Positions 1 to 10,571 of a stretch of 64,000 nt of DNA are shown here, in pieces. This DNA is from Naegleria gruberi (Eukaryota), in NCBI GenBank assembly GCA_000004985.1, contig GG738862.1. One strand, 5' to 3'. Within the stretch, counting starts at the first letter, position 1. Each line of letters begins with the position of its first letter. The translations under genes and the position numbers were made by a program. The notes beneath the pieces were generated by a model that was not told the origin of the DNA, did not search any database, and saw only the letters and a list, made by a program, of their open reading frames with translations.

Positions 1-404
1 TCTGATTTTCCTTCTCTATTCTTCATAATTTCTGGTCTTATTTTCTCGATGTGTTCCTTTAATAATTTACTGTATGGATTATTTTCCAAATTTTTCGAAT
101 GTTTTGGATTATTTCTAATAAGATACATGGCAATCCAATTAATCGGATCGATCTTTGAGTAGATAGTACTCTTTAATTTTTCATATTCTTGTTCCTCTTC
201 CGATTTCGGATCAACTGTTGAATACTCCTTTAATAAGGATTGAAAAGCAGGAATCAGCACTCCCAAAATATTTTCCTCCAAATAAAACGACAGCTCATCG
301 CCACCCTCCCGAGCCAATCTAATGGTTGTTTCATCCTCTCCGAGCGATTCCTCAACATGAAAATTGTATTCGTGATGAAGAGGCGAAGCAAAGTGCTTTT
401 TCAT
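1..404 (-). CDS. Partial CDS whose 3' part lies beyond the window start. Hypothetical protein with a Dpy-30/RIIa-like docking motif near the window edge.
   Basis: Reverse complement of 1-404 is one open frame starting at the ATG at 404..402 (MKKHFASPLHHEYNFHVEESLGEDETTIRLAREGGDELSFYLEENILGVLIPAFQSLL...PINWIAMYLIRNNPKH...) and has no stop before position 1. The track omits it because it runs off the edge. The + ORF 240..428 is antisense to it and low-complexity. Confidence 0.45.
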   Translation of the reverse strand, partial: MKKHFASPLHHEYNFHVEESLGEDETTIRLAREGGDELSFYLEENILGVLIPAFQSLLKEYSTVDPKSEEEQEYEKLKSTIYSKIDPINWIAMYLIRNNPKHSKNLENNPYSKLLKEHIEKIRPEIMKNREGKS

Positions 405-559
405 TTTTTTAAATTATTTTTATCGTAGTTATTTTTGGCGCCATTTTAGTCAATCTGAATGGTAATTAGTTTAAGATCATAAAATATTAGAATTCAAAGA
501 AGTAAGCGAGCGAGTGATAAATATTTTCATTTTGTTTGCCCACTACCCGCTCATTTTTG

Positions 560-760
560 TTGACGCATGTTTTGACGATTTTATAGTCATGAATGACGCC
601 TTTGTTTATGCTTGTTAAGGTGTCATTGGGACGGTGTTGTGGACGTCAAAATGACGTTTTTTTTCGTCATTTTGACGGTGTCAATTTGAGAGTCATTAAG
701 ACGTCAAAAAAAGCGTCCTCAATGACGTCTCAAAAAGTGTCTCCAATGACGTTGCAGAAT
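560..760. repeat. Subterminal cluster of about 10 TGACG / GACGTC (CRE-like half-sites and palindromes) inside the left arm of the TIR element. A matching cluster lies at 4470-4525.
   Basis: ttgacg, ttgacg, aatgacg, ggacgtc, aatgacg, cgtcat, ttgacgg, agacgtc, aatgacgtc and caatgacg occur within 200 bp. Right arm: cgtcagcgatgacgtcaaaaaaagcgtc...aatgacg. Confidence 0.5.
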
Positions 761-1096
761 GATTATTAATTTTTGATAAATTGAAATTTTATTGAACTAT
801 TCATAATTCTTACAAGTTGGAAATCTTTCATCTTGAACCATTTCACACTGAGTGAAACTCAATGCTGTGAAAGATTCACACCGTGTGAATTAATATTGTA
901 AAAGATTTCACACCATCAAAGATGACAAGGAAATTGACAAGAGTTTCTTATAAAAACGTGAAATAAAAATTTGAATTGATATGTCTTGTAAACGAATTGA
1001 AATGATGTAATATAATTGATAACTGATACGACTTACTAGTATGTTGAGGTATTTTTTTTGAAAAATATTTAAACTGGTGCAAAAATAGAAAGTGTT

Positions 1097-3838
1097 NNNN
1101 NNNNNNNNNNNNNNNNNNNNNNNNNNNNNNNNNNNNNNNNNNNNNNNNNNNNNNNNNNNNNNNNNNNNNNNNNNNNNNNNNNNNNNNNNNNNNNNNNNNN
1201 NNNNNNNNNNNNNNNNNNNNNNNNNNNNNNNNNNNNNNNNNNNNNNNNNNNNNNNNNNNNNNNNNNNNNNNNNNNNNNNNNNNNNNNNNNNNNNNNNNNN
1301 NNNNNNNNNNNNNNNNNNNNNNNNNNNNNNNNNNNNNNNNNNNNNNNNNNNNNNNNNNNNNNNNNNNNNNNNNNNNNNNNNNNNNNNNNNNNNNNNNNNN
1401 NNNNNNNNNNNNNNNNNNNNNNNNNNNNNNNNNNNNNNNNNNNNNNNNNNNNNNNNNNNNNNNNNNNNNNNNNNNNNNNNNNNNNNNNNNNNNNNNNNNN
1501 NNNNNNNNNNNNNNNNNNNNNNNNNNNNNNNNNNNNNNNNNNNNNNNNNNNNNNNNNNNNNNNNNNNNNNNNNNNNNNNNNNNNNNNNNNNNNNNNNNNN
1601 NNNNNNNNNNNNNNNNNNNNNNNNNNNNNNNNNNNNNNNNNNNNNNNNNNNNNNNNNNNNNNNNNNNNNNNNNNNNNNNNNNNNNNNNNNNNNNNNNNNN
1701 NNNNNNNNNNNNNNNNNNNNNNNNNNNNNNNNNNNNNNNNNNNNNNNNNNNNNNNNNNNNNNNNNNNNNNNNNNNNNNNNNNNNNNNNNNNNNNNNNNNN
1801 NNNNNNNNNNNNNNNNNNNNNNNNNNNNNNNNNNNNNNNNNNNNNNNNNNNNNNNNNNNNNNNNNNNNNNNNNNNNNNNNNNNNNNNNNNNNNNNNNNNN
1901 NNNNNNNNNNNNNNNNNNNNNNNNNNNNNNNNNNNNNNNNNNNNNNNNNNNNNNNNNNNNNNNNNNNNNNNNNNNNNNNNNNNNNNNNNNNNNNNNNNNN
2001 NNNNNNNNNNNNNNNNNNNNNNNNNNNNNNNNNNNNNNNNNNNNNNNNNNNNNNNNNNNNNNNNNNNNNNNNNNNNNNNNNNNNNNNNNNNNNNNNNNNN
2101 NNNNNNNNNNNNNNNNNNNNNNNNNNNNNNNNNNNNNNNNNNNNNNNNNNNNNNNNNNNNNNNNNNNNNNNNNNNNNNNNNNNNNNNNNNNNNNNNNNNN
2201 NNNNNNNNNNNNNNNNNNNNNNNNNNNNNNNNNNNNNNNNNNNNNNNNNNNNNNNNNNNNNNNNNNNNNNNNNNNNNNNNNNNNNNNNNNNNNNNNNNNN
2301 NNNNNNNNNNNNNNNNNNNNNNNNNNNNNNNNNNNNNNNNNNNNNNNNNNNNNNNNNNNNNNNNNNNNNNNNNNNNNNNNNNNNNNNNNNNNNNNNNNNN
2401 NNNNNNNNNNNNNNNNNNNNNNNNNNNNNNNNNNNNNNNNNNNNNNNNNNNNNNNNNNNNNNNNNNNNNNNNNNNNNNNNNNNNNNNNNNNNNNNNNNNN
2501 NNNNNNNNNNNNNNNNNNNNNNNNNNNNNNNNNNNNNNNNNNNNNNNNNNNNNNNNNNNNNNNNNNNNNNNNNNNNNNNNNNNNNNNNNNNNNNNNNNNN
2601 NNNNNNNNNNNNNNNNNNNNNNNNNNNNNNNNNNNNNNNNNNNNNNNNNNNNNNNNNNNNNNNNNNNNNNNNNNNNNNNNNNNNNNNNNNNNNNNNNNNN
2701 NNNNNNNNNNNNNNNNNNNNNNNNNNNNNNNNNNNNNNNNNNNNNNNNNNNNNNNNNNNNNNNNNNNNNNNNNNNNNNNNNNNNNNNNNNNNNNNNNNNN
2801 NNNNNNNNNNNNNNNNNNNNNNNNNNNNNNNNNNNNNNNNNNNNNNNNNNNNNNNNNNNNNNNNNNNNNNNNNNNNNNNNNNNNNNNNNNNNNNNNNNNN
2901 NNNNNNNNNNNNNNNNNNNNNNNNNNNNNNNNNNNNNNNNNNNNNNNNNNNNNNNNNNNNNNNNNNNNNNNNNNNNNNNNNNNNNNNNNNNNNNNNNNNN
3001 NNNNNNNNNNNNNNNNNNNNNNNNNNNNNNNNNNNNNNNNNNNNNNNNNNNNNNNNNNNNNNNNNNNNNNNNNNNNNNNNNNNNNNNNNNNNNNNNNNNN
3101 NNNNNNNNNNNNNNNNNNNNNNNNNNNNNNNNNNNNNNNNNNNNNNNNNNNNNNNNNNNNNNNNNNNNNNNNNNNNNNNNNNNNNNNNNNNNNNNNNNNN
3201 NNNNNNNNNNNNNNNNNNNNNNNNNNNNNNNNNNNNNNNNNNNNNNNNNNNNNNNNNNNNNNNNNNNNNNNNNNNNNNNNNNNNNNNNNNNNNNNNNNNN
3301 NNNNNNNNNNNNNNNNNNNNNNNNNNNNNNNNNNNNNNNNNNNNNNNNNNNNNNNNNNNNNNNNNNNNNNNNNNNNNNNNNNNNNNNNNNNNNNNNNNNN
3401 NNNNNNNNNNNNNNNNNNNNNNNNNNNNNNNNNNNNNNNNNNNNNNNNNNNNNNNNNNNNNNNNNNNNNNNNNNNNNNNNNNNNNNNNNNNNNNNNNNNN
3501 NNNNNNNNNNNNNNNNNNNNNNNNNNNNNNNNNNNNNNNNNNNNNNNNNNNNNNNNNNNNNNNNNNNNNNNNNNNNNNNNNNNNNNNNNNNNNNNNNNNN
3601 NNNNNNNNNNNNNNNNNNNNNNNNNNNNNNNNNNNNNNNNNNNNNNNNNNNNNNNNNNNNNNNNNNNNNNNNNNNNNNNNNNNNNNNNNNNNNNNNNNNN
3701 NNNNNNNNNNNNNNNNNNNNNNNNNNNNNNNNNNNNNNNNNNNNNNNNNNNNNNNNNNNNNNNNNNNNNNNNNNNNNNNNNNNNNNNNNNNNNNNNNNNN
3801 NNNNNNNNNNNNNNNNNNNNNNNNNNNNNNNNNNNNNN
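1097..3838. other. Assembly gap (2742 N).
   Basis: Run of n characters. The 1012/976/935-aa ORFs spanning it are poly-X artefacts. Confidence 0.99.
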
Positions 3839-3895
3839 CGTTAATGGAAAACGGGAATATGTGATTGTTCCAGAGCATGTCGATTCATCTTTGAT

Positions 3896-4240
3896 TTGAT
3901 AGATAAGGACAAAGCTTTTCCAGAGTTCATCAATGCCATTATCCAATGTGAAAAGGTATTAACTGACCTCACAAAAAGGTTTGCTCATCTATTTTCAGGG
4001 CTTGCATTCAACACTACCGTAAATGGTATAACTTATTCAATTCCTCCAGACATTATCAAAATGCTTATTGGTAATGTGACTCAAAAACAGTGCTTGGAAT
4101 TGTTAGCACATCATCACTTCAAGAAACCTATAGGAGAACTCACAACTGATCAAAGAACAGTATGTAGAAAGTTCTTTGAAGCAAGGGGATGGGATAAAGA
4201 AAGTGTTCGGAAGGCAATCAATAGTTTGATCAAAGAATAA
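3896..4240 (+). CDS. ORF in the right arm of the TIR element (114 aa). Possibly the C-terminal remnant of the element-encoded protein; function unknown.
   Basis: Open frame MIDKDKAFPEFINAIIQCEKVLTDL...FFEARGWDKESVRKAINSLIKE lies just inside the right TIR and subterminal repeats. The upstream part is lost in the gap. No motif recognised. Confidence 0.25.
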   Translation: MIDKDKAFPEFINAIIQCEKVLTDLTKRFAHLFSGLAFNTTVNGITYSIPPDIIKMLIGNVTQKQCLELLAHHHFKKPIGELTTDQRTVCRKFFEARGWDKESVRKAINSLIKE

Positions 4241-4557
4241 TTTCTAGACATGATGTTAAGCTTGATGAACAAGTCAAGCTTGTGAAATTTGTATTTTTTT
4301 TTTAAAATTTTCAAAAATATTCACAAGTCTGAAATACGTCACCTCCTCCTTCACTGATTTTCATCATCAAAACAACACAAAACAAACAACAACAAATAAA
4401 CAACACATTACAACATCAAGTAGAACACAACAGAATATCGATAATTAACTTTGGAGTAACTTTATGCAAAATCGTCAGCGATGACGTCAAAAAAAGCGTC
4501 AATCCACCATCAGGAATGACGAAATAAAATGAGCGGGTAAATAATTAACCAAAAAAA

Positions 4558-6165
4558 ATGACTCTACACAAAAGTACTCTTATTCGAAACAATAGTTTAT
4601 TTCCCGATGATATTTGTTTCGAAATTATAGATTACTTTGATTCTCCATTTATCATCAAAACATGTTCTTTAATTTCACATCAATTTTTACGTGTCATAAA
4701 ATTATATTCGAATCTTGTGGTCAATTTCCGAATGATTACTTCAGAACAAATTAATCAATTTTCAAAAAGTCAATTTTTAGGAAATATAAGAAAGGTTAGA
4801 ATAGCAAGTCATCAAATTGAAGGAGAAATAGGTGTTAAATTATTGGAAACTTTATCAGAAATGAAAAATTTAACCTATTTGAATATTGATTGGAATAAAA
4901 TTTCAGAAAAGTCTAAAATTATTCTTTCTGGAATGAAACACTTGAAAATACTTGCTGCTAGCGGATCTGAAATTGATAAATTTAGTCGATTGGATCAATT
5001 GACTGAACTAAATGTCAATTGGAATCGTTTAAAAGATGAAGATGTAGAATCTATTGGAAATTTGAAAAATTTAACTTTATTAGAATTGAGTGGAAATGAA
5101 ATTTCTAAAAATTCAATGAAATTTATTAGTCAGCTCTCAGAATTAACAAAACTTTCTGTGGGATTGAATTCAATTGAAAATGAAGGAATCAATTCAATAA
5201 TCAATCTTTCAAAATTGACTTGTCTAAACATTATTAATGCAAATATTACTTCAGAAGGTGTCAAATTAATTGGAAAACTATCAAACTTAACCATTCTCGA
5301 TATTAGTGGAAATTTAATTGGTGCTGAAGGAGGTCAATACATTGGAGAATTGAAGAATCTCAAAACACTTGTGGCAAGTGATAATGAACTTGGAGTGCTT
5401 GGAGCAAAGAGCATTGGAGAAATGAATCAATTAACTTCACTTTGTTTGATAGGCAATTCTATTGGAAATGAAGGAGCCAAGTATATTTCTCAATTAAGCC
5501 AATTGACTGATCTTGATTTGGGAAAAAATGAAATAGGTGATGAAGGATTTAAACTACTAGCAAAACTTGAAAAGTTGACAAATTTAGATTTGGTTTCTAA
5601 TAACATTTCTGATTTGAGTTCGACTGGTCAATTGGGTTTATTAAACTGCCTTGATGTCAGAAAAAACAAAATAGAGGACAAGGGCATAAGAAATATTTGT
5701 CAATTGAGTGGATTGCAATCACTTCGTCTTTGCGCAAATCCAATCACTTCAGAAGGAGCCAAAATATTATCAGAAATGGTTCAATTGACCAATTTATCAA
5801 TAAGTGAGACCCATATCGATGACGAAGGAGCCAAATTTATAGCACAATTGACAACTCTGAAATATCTTGATATAAGTACTAAAAGAATAACCGCGAATGG
5901 TGTCAAATTTATTTGCCAATTATCGAAACTAATCTCACTCGATATTAATTGGAATAATATTGGAGATGAGGGAGTGTTATATATTAGCAGAATGCAACAA
6001 TTAGAAACACTAAATGCTGTTTATTGTAATATTGGATTGGAAGGCGCAAAACTCTTGAGTGAAATGGAACAATTGACCGTACTTGATGTGAAAATTAACA
6101 GGATACCTGGAGAGGGAATTCAATTATTAGAAAATATTGCACGATTTAAATCATTAGTTGTGTAA
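4558..6165 (+). CDS. F-box-like N-terminus plus about 18 RNI-type leucine-rich repeats (535 aa).
   Basis: N-terminus FPDDICFEIIDYFDSPFIIKTCSLISHQFLRVI is F-box-like. It is followed by repeated units of about 24-28 aa such as LTxLxLxxNxIGxEGAKxIxxLxxL (GNEGAKYISQL, GDEGFKLLAKL, TSEGAKILSEM). The ATG is at 4558 and the stop is TAA. Confidence 0.75.
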   Translation: MTLHKSTLIRNNSLFPDDICFEIIDYFDSPFIIKTCSLISHQFLRVIKLYSNLVVNFRMITSEQINQFSKSQFLGNIRKVRIASHQIEGEIGVKLLETLSEMKNLTYLNIDWNKISEKSKIILSGMKHLKILAASGSEIDKFSRLDQLTELNVNWNRLKDEDVESIGNLKNLTLLELSGNEISKNSMKFISQLSELTKLSVGLNSIENEGINSIINLSKLTCLNIINANITSEGVKLIGKLSNLTILDISGNLIGAEGGQYIGELKNLKTLVASDNELGVLGAKSIGEMNQLTSLCLIGNSIGNEGAKYISQLSQLTDLDLGKNEIGDEGFKLLAKLEKLTNLDLVSNNISDLSSTGQLGLLNCLDVRKNKIEDKGIRNICQLSGLQSLRLCANPITSEGAKILSEMVQLTNLSISETHIDDEGAKFIAQLTTLKYLDISTKRITANGVKFICQLSKLISLDINWNNIGDEGVLYISRMQQLETLNAVYCNIGLEGAKLLSEMEQLTVLDVKINRIPGEGIQLLENIARFKSLVV

Positions 6166-6278
6166 AATTCAATTAAACAATTCCCTTTCCTGGATCAATG
6201 AAGATCAAGTTTTCCGTCTCTTCCACCCATTTGTTGTTTTGTTTACAACTCAAAGTTCACCGCCTTATTGATTTCATC

Positions 6279-7635
6279 TTAGTAGTGATCAACCACTTTC
6301 ATTTTTTTCCTCAGTTCCTTGATTATTCTATCCGAAATATCATCACCAATATAAAGTTTCCTCAAATTGGGCATGTTCAACAAATATTTAGCTCCTTCAT
6401 CTCCAATTTCACAGTGAATGACTGAGAGTTTTTGCAATTGGAGCATTCCACTAATTGCCTCGAGTCCTTTATTTCCAATTTTATTTCCCGAAAGGTTTAG
6501 TTTGGTTAAATTTTTCATTCCACTTAATGATTTTGCTCCCTCAATTCCAATATTACTGTCATAGATACGGAGATTAGTCAATTGATTTAGTTCACTTATT
6601 ATTTTTGCTCCTGAATCTCCAATTTGATTATCACTAATTAAAAGTCTGGTTAATTGATTCAGTTGACCAATTGGTTTGATATCATCGAAACCTAATTTGT
6701 TTGATTGAATATGGAGACAAGTCAATTGTTTCATATTACAGATCGCCTTAATTCCTTCTGTTCTGACATTAGTCCACTGAATGCAAAGTGTTTTTAAGTG
6801 TCTCAATTGACTAACTGAAATTGCACCTCCATCCCCAATTGGATTCTCACTCATGACGAGTTGAGTTAATGTTTGAATTTCACCAATTGCTTTGGCACCT
6901 TCATCCCCAATATTATTTTTACAAATGAATAGTCTTGTCAGTTGAGGAAGTTCACTAATTTCTTTCGCACCTTGATTGCCTAGTTTATTCTTTCGAATAT
7001 CGAGATAGTTTAGTCGTGTCAGATGTTTAAGTGTTTTTGCTCCTTCCTGTCCAATATTATTTTTACGAACACAAAGATGTGTTAATGAAGAATTCAAATT
7101 ACTCAATGCCTTAATACCTTCATCTCCAATTTTGTTTCCACACATTTCAAGTTTCGTCAATTGTTTCATCTTTCCAATAGATTTCATTCCTTCATCTCCA
7201 ATTTCAGTTCCACCAATATCAAGTTTGATTAATTGTTTCAAATTTGTAAAATATTCAGCACCTTTTGAGGTTATTGGATTGTTAAATACATTCAGTTCAG
7301 TAAATTGAGTCATTTCACTAATCAACTTGGCTTCTCATTTCCAATAAAATTATACGAAATTTCGAGTGTTTTCACTTGTTTCATTTTATGAAGAAGCTTA
7401 AACCAATTTTTCCAATCACGTCATAACAATTATCACAATAATTCGCACAAATAGTTCTGCAAGTGATTCTGTCAAACCAATTCCAATTTTGGCATTTGGC
7501 AATTTCGTCCATGTATAAATCCTTGTGAAGGTGAAATGAAAGTTTAAGTCTGTTTCGAATAACATTATACCACCGTTTTGAAACAAGCGCACATTTCATC
7601 AAAATAAATTCCACATTATTCGCAACAAATTTCAA
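6279..7635 (-). CDS. F-box-like/RNI-type LRR protein, probably 2 exons (N-terminal F-box-like exon 7381-7635, LRR exon 6279 to about 7337). The splice junction is not resolved.
   Basis: The 6279..7325 frame has 13 LRR units (IGDEGMKSIGKMKQL, IGDEGAKAIGEIQTL ...) and stays open upstream to a TGA at 7338-7340 with no ATG. The upstream ORF MKFVANNVEFILMKCALVSKRWYNVIRNRL is F-box-like. A candidate 42-nt intron (gtgaaaac...aaatgag) lies between them but the phase does not fit cleanly. Confidence 0.55.
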
Positions 7636-7803
7636 TATTTCATAACATAAATCATCAATTATTTCTAATAATTTTTTCGTTTTCTTTCCAATAATTTTCG
7701 AATAAAACTACCAACCTCCTTGTCTACTGTTGGCTACAACCAAATCTTCATCACGTTCTTCATTCAAATCACGTTCTTGCATTTTTTTCAATGAAAAACG
7801 ACG

Positions 7804-8325
7804 ATGAAAAAAATACCTCAACAAGACCATCCTCCGGATACGGAAGGGAGTAATTTGCTTGCTGACAGGATTTTTGTGTTAGAGAGAGCAATTGAAACCT
7901 ACCAAAAGGAAAACAATAATCTCCGTGACTATCTTCAACAACTTGTAAATATATGTAATGGTCACCCGTTATTGAATAATAATAATAATAATCCCATCAA
8001 ACCTGTAAATAATAATCTGATCAATACCCAACCATCAGAAAATGAAAATCTATTTATTACTAGAAATCCAGTAAATGTTAGAAATCTACCAACTAGTAGA
8101 AATTTAATTAATGGTGGAAATTTCTTGACTGAGACAGTTCAAATATGCGATAGTAATCCTAAAAATAGAACTGTCAGTTATGCTGATATTACAAGATTAG
8201 CTCCTATTAAAGCTCAGCCATCTATTAAGAAAACAATAGCAAAACAAAAATCAACAACTAATAAGATGAAAAGAAATATGGCAACTAATACTAGACCTAA
8301 CAAACGTAAATCGAGAGTATATTAA
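7804..8325 (+). pseudogene. LINE ORF1 (copy A), terminated prematurely by the MITE insertion at 8313.
   Basis: [47 protein letters not shown]... is identical to the first about 170 aa of the 9275.. ORF. It then reads into the MITE (RVY stop). The uninterrupted sequence resumes at 8735. Confidence 0.6.
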
Positions 8326-8726
8326 TATCCAATATCTATCCCAAACCGCTTTTTTTGGATATGGCTTTTTAAAAAGGGCAATCTGGCTAAATTTTTACGG
8401 GCTTGGCTTTTTGGATAAATCTTGGATTGGATAATATTATTTGAAAATGTGTCGTGTTTGAGCAATTGTCAACAAGGAATGCAGGCAAATCACTCTACGA
8501 ATATTTATTAGATTATTATCAATACTAATTGCAATAAATCAACAATTTTTCGATATAAATTTGGAATAATTTATTTTTGAAATAATTCATTTTTTAGTGG
8601 AAATTTCTTGACTTATTTTTGGATTTAGGTTTTGGCTTTTTGGTTCAATTTGGCTTTTTGCCGATTTTTTATTCACCTATATCCAAAAACTGGTTTGGGA
8701 TGGATTTTGGATATTAATATACTCTC
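8313..8726. mobile_element. 414-bp non-autonomous foldback element (MITE) with perfect 20-bp TIRs GAGAGTATATTAATATCCAA and an 8-bp target-site duplication CGTAAATC (8305-8312 and 8727-8734). This is hAT-like TSD length.
   Basis: Copy B of the same LINE has the uninterrupted site ...aacaaacgtaaatc|taattacaatc... at 9770-9790. Copy A reads cgtaaatc|gagagtatattaatatccaata...ttggatattaatatactctc|cgtaaatc|taattacaatc. The interior is AT-rich with internal symmetry (ccaaaccg...ggtttggg, ggctttttgg repeats). Confidence 0.75.
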
Positions 8727-8927
8727 CGTAAATCTAATTACAATCTTAATCAAATAATTAATGTAATTTGCTACAAAGATGTTACTAACGAATTTGTTGA
8801 ACAAATTACAGACCTACTCGGTGACTCTGTAATCATTAGAGTTAATCGATACTGTAATAATATTATTAATGTAATTTGCCCTGATGAAACCAGTTATAAA
8901 GAGTGTTTCAATCAATTAGTGCAAGGA

Positions 8928-8977
8928 NNNNNNNNNNNNNNNNNNNNNNNNNNNNNNNNNNNNNNNNNNNNNNNNNN
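8928..8977. other. Assembly gap (50 N).
   Basis: Run of n characters. Confidence 0.99.
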
Positions 8978-9254
8978 TTTTAGACAACATGTCAACATGT
9001 TCATCTTTGTAAATTCCTAAACATCCTGGTGAAATTCTACCAATATCCGAAACACCAGTGGCTTCTACAATAAATAAACCAGCTCCACCTACAATTCTAC
9101 TGCCAATATGTTGAACATGCCAGAAATTAGCAAATCCATCAACCGATGAGTACTGACACATTGGGGAGACGACAATACGATTCTTTAAAGTCAATCCTCT
9201 AATTTTGAATGGTTGAAAGAGTGGAGGAACGGATGAGATATCTTGTGCTGACAT
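8978..9254 (-). CDS. N-terminal fragment of an NADH:flavin oxidoreductase of the old-yellow-enzyme family (YqjM-like class). It is truncated by the gap and its ATG abuts the LINE 5' end.
   Basis: [92 protein letters not shown] matches the conserved OYE/YqjM N-terminal beta-alpha barrel start ([26 protein letters not shown]...GGAGLIIVEATAVxPxGRISPxDLGIW.DEH). Confidence 0.6.
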
Positions 9255-9274
9255 TTTTTTAATGGTTGTCGACG

Positions 9275-10247
9275 ATGAAAAAAATACCTCAACAAGACCA
9301 TCCTCCGGATACGGAAGGGAGTAATTTGCTTGCTGACAGGATTTTTGTGTTAGAGAGAGCAATTGAAACCTACCAAAAGGAAAACAATAATCTCCGTGAC
9401 TATCTTCAACAACTTGTAAATATATGTAATGGTCACCCGTTATTGAATAATAATAATAATAATCCCATCAAACCTGTAAATAATAATCTGATCAATACCC
9501 AACCATCAGAAAATGAAAATCTATTTATTACTAGAAATCCAGTAAATGTTAGAAATCTACCAACTAGTAGAAATTTAATTAATGGTGGAAATTTCTTGAC
9601 TGAGACAGTTCAAATATGCGATAGTAATCCTAAAAATAGAACTGTCAGTTATGCTGATATTACAAGATTAGCTCCTATTAAAGCTCAGCCATCTATTAAG
9701 AAAACAATAGCAAAACAAAAATCAACAACTAATAAGATGAAAAGAAATATGGCAACTAATACTAGACCTAACAAACGTAAATCTAATTACAATCTTAATC
9801 AAATAATTAATGTAATTTGCTACAAAGATGTTACTAACGAATTTGTTGAACAAATTACAGACCTACTCGGTGACTCTGTAATCATTAGAGTTAATCGATA
9901 CTGTAATAATATTATTAATGTAATTTGCCCTGATGAAACCAGTTATAAAGAGTGTTTCAATCAATTAGTGCAAGGAAGTCATGGAGGAAAATTCATATTA
10001 GAATGCTTTCCATCTCCAGCAATCTTTAATCCTAAACCTTTAGCACTTTCACATACTACTTCCAGTAAAACTACTCACCTTAAAATGCTAGAAAATATTA
10101 TTAGCAAATGTATATTGGAAGATAATATTTCTGTTGAGGAACTCTACACTAACTATTCTCATAACCAATTTATAATTAGAATATCATTTGAGGATCAAAC
10201 TATTTGCTCTCAAATGGCACAAAATCTTGGTTTAAATCAATATAAAA
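9275..10247 (+). CDS. LINE ORF1 (copy B): N-terminal coiled-coil, poly-N, then an about 150-aa C-terminal domain. It runs into the 50-N gap.
   Basis: [47 protein letters not shown] (heptad-like) ... [63 protein letters not shown]... The architecture resembles L1-type ORF1p (coiled coil plus nucleic-acid-binding domain). This is an inference. Confidence 0.45.
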
Positions 10248-10297
10248 NNNNNNNNNNNNNNNNNNNNNNNNNNNNNNNNNNNNNNNNNNNNNNNNNN
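10248..10297. other. Assembly gap (50 N).
   Basis: Run of n characters. Confidence 0.99.
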
Positions 10298-10571
10298 TGG
10301 CCGTAATAACATTTTAAGGTAATAGAAACTTGAGTATGATGAGTAATACTATGAATATATATTGTATTTCCTTTAGAATCTAGTAATTTGGTTACCTTGG
10401 TAAGTCAAGTGTTGTATATTTTCGCTTTATTAGTTGTAAATGACTTTGAGAATAAATATATATATATATTTCAAATATCATCATTTAACTACTTTCAGCT
10501 TTTATTGTTAAAAACATAAATAAATTTCCGGTGTTTATTACAACTAGGTAAAACTGAAACGGTACTACTAA

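Larger units (their letters stand above)
544..4539. mobile_element. Candidate DNA transposon bounded by 14-bp terminal inverted repeats (TACCCGCTCATTTT) with TA on both outer flanks. The interior is mostly hidden by a 2742-bp N gap.
   Basis: 544-557 tacccgctcatttt is the exact reverse complement of 4526-4539 aaaatgagcgggta. The outer flanks are cacTA|cccgctc on the left and gagcggg|TAaat on the right. Both subterminal regions are packed with TGACG/GACGTC motifs and share an 18-bp stretch gacgtcaaaaaaagcgtc (700-717 and 4482-4499). Extra palindromes occur at 845-925 (tttcacACTGAGtgaaa, attcacacCGtgtgaat). Confidence 0.4.
7784..8927 (+). mobile_element. 5' portion of a non-LTR retrotransposon (copy A: 5'UTR plus ORF1), interrupted by a MITE and truncated by an assembly gap.
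   Basis: 7793-8312 plus 8735-8927 are near-identical to 9264-9975 (copy B). Both begin at the same point: catttttttNaatg.....cgacgatgaaaaaaatacc. Confidence 0.6.

Noticed and set aside
240-428. 62-aa plus-strand ORF.
   Set aside because: It is low-complexity and lies antisense to a much better edge-truncated coding frame on the minus strand (1..404).
908-3946. Very long ORFs (1012, 976 and 935 aa) on both strands across 1092-3946.
   Set aside because: They are composed almost entirely of X because they span the 2742-bp N gap. They are artefacts of the ORF finder.
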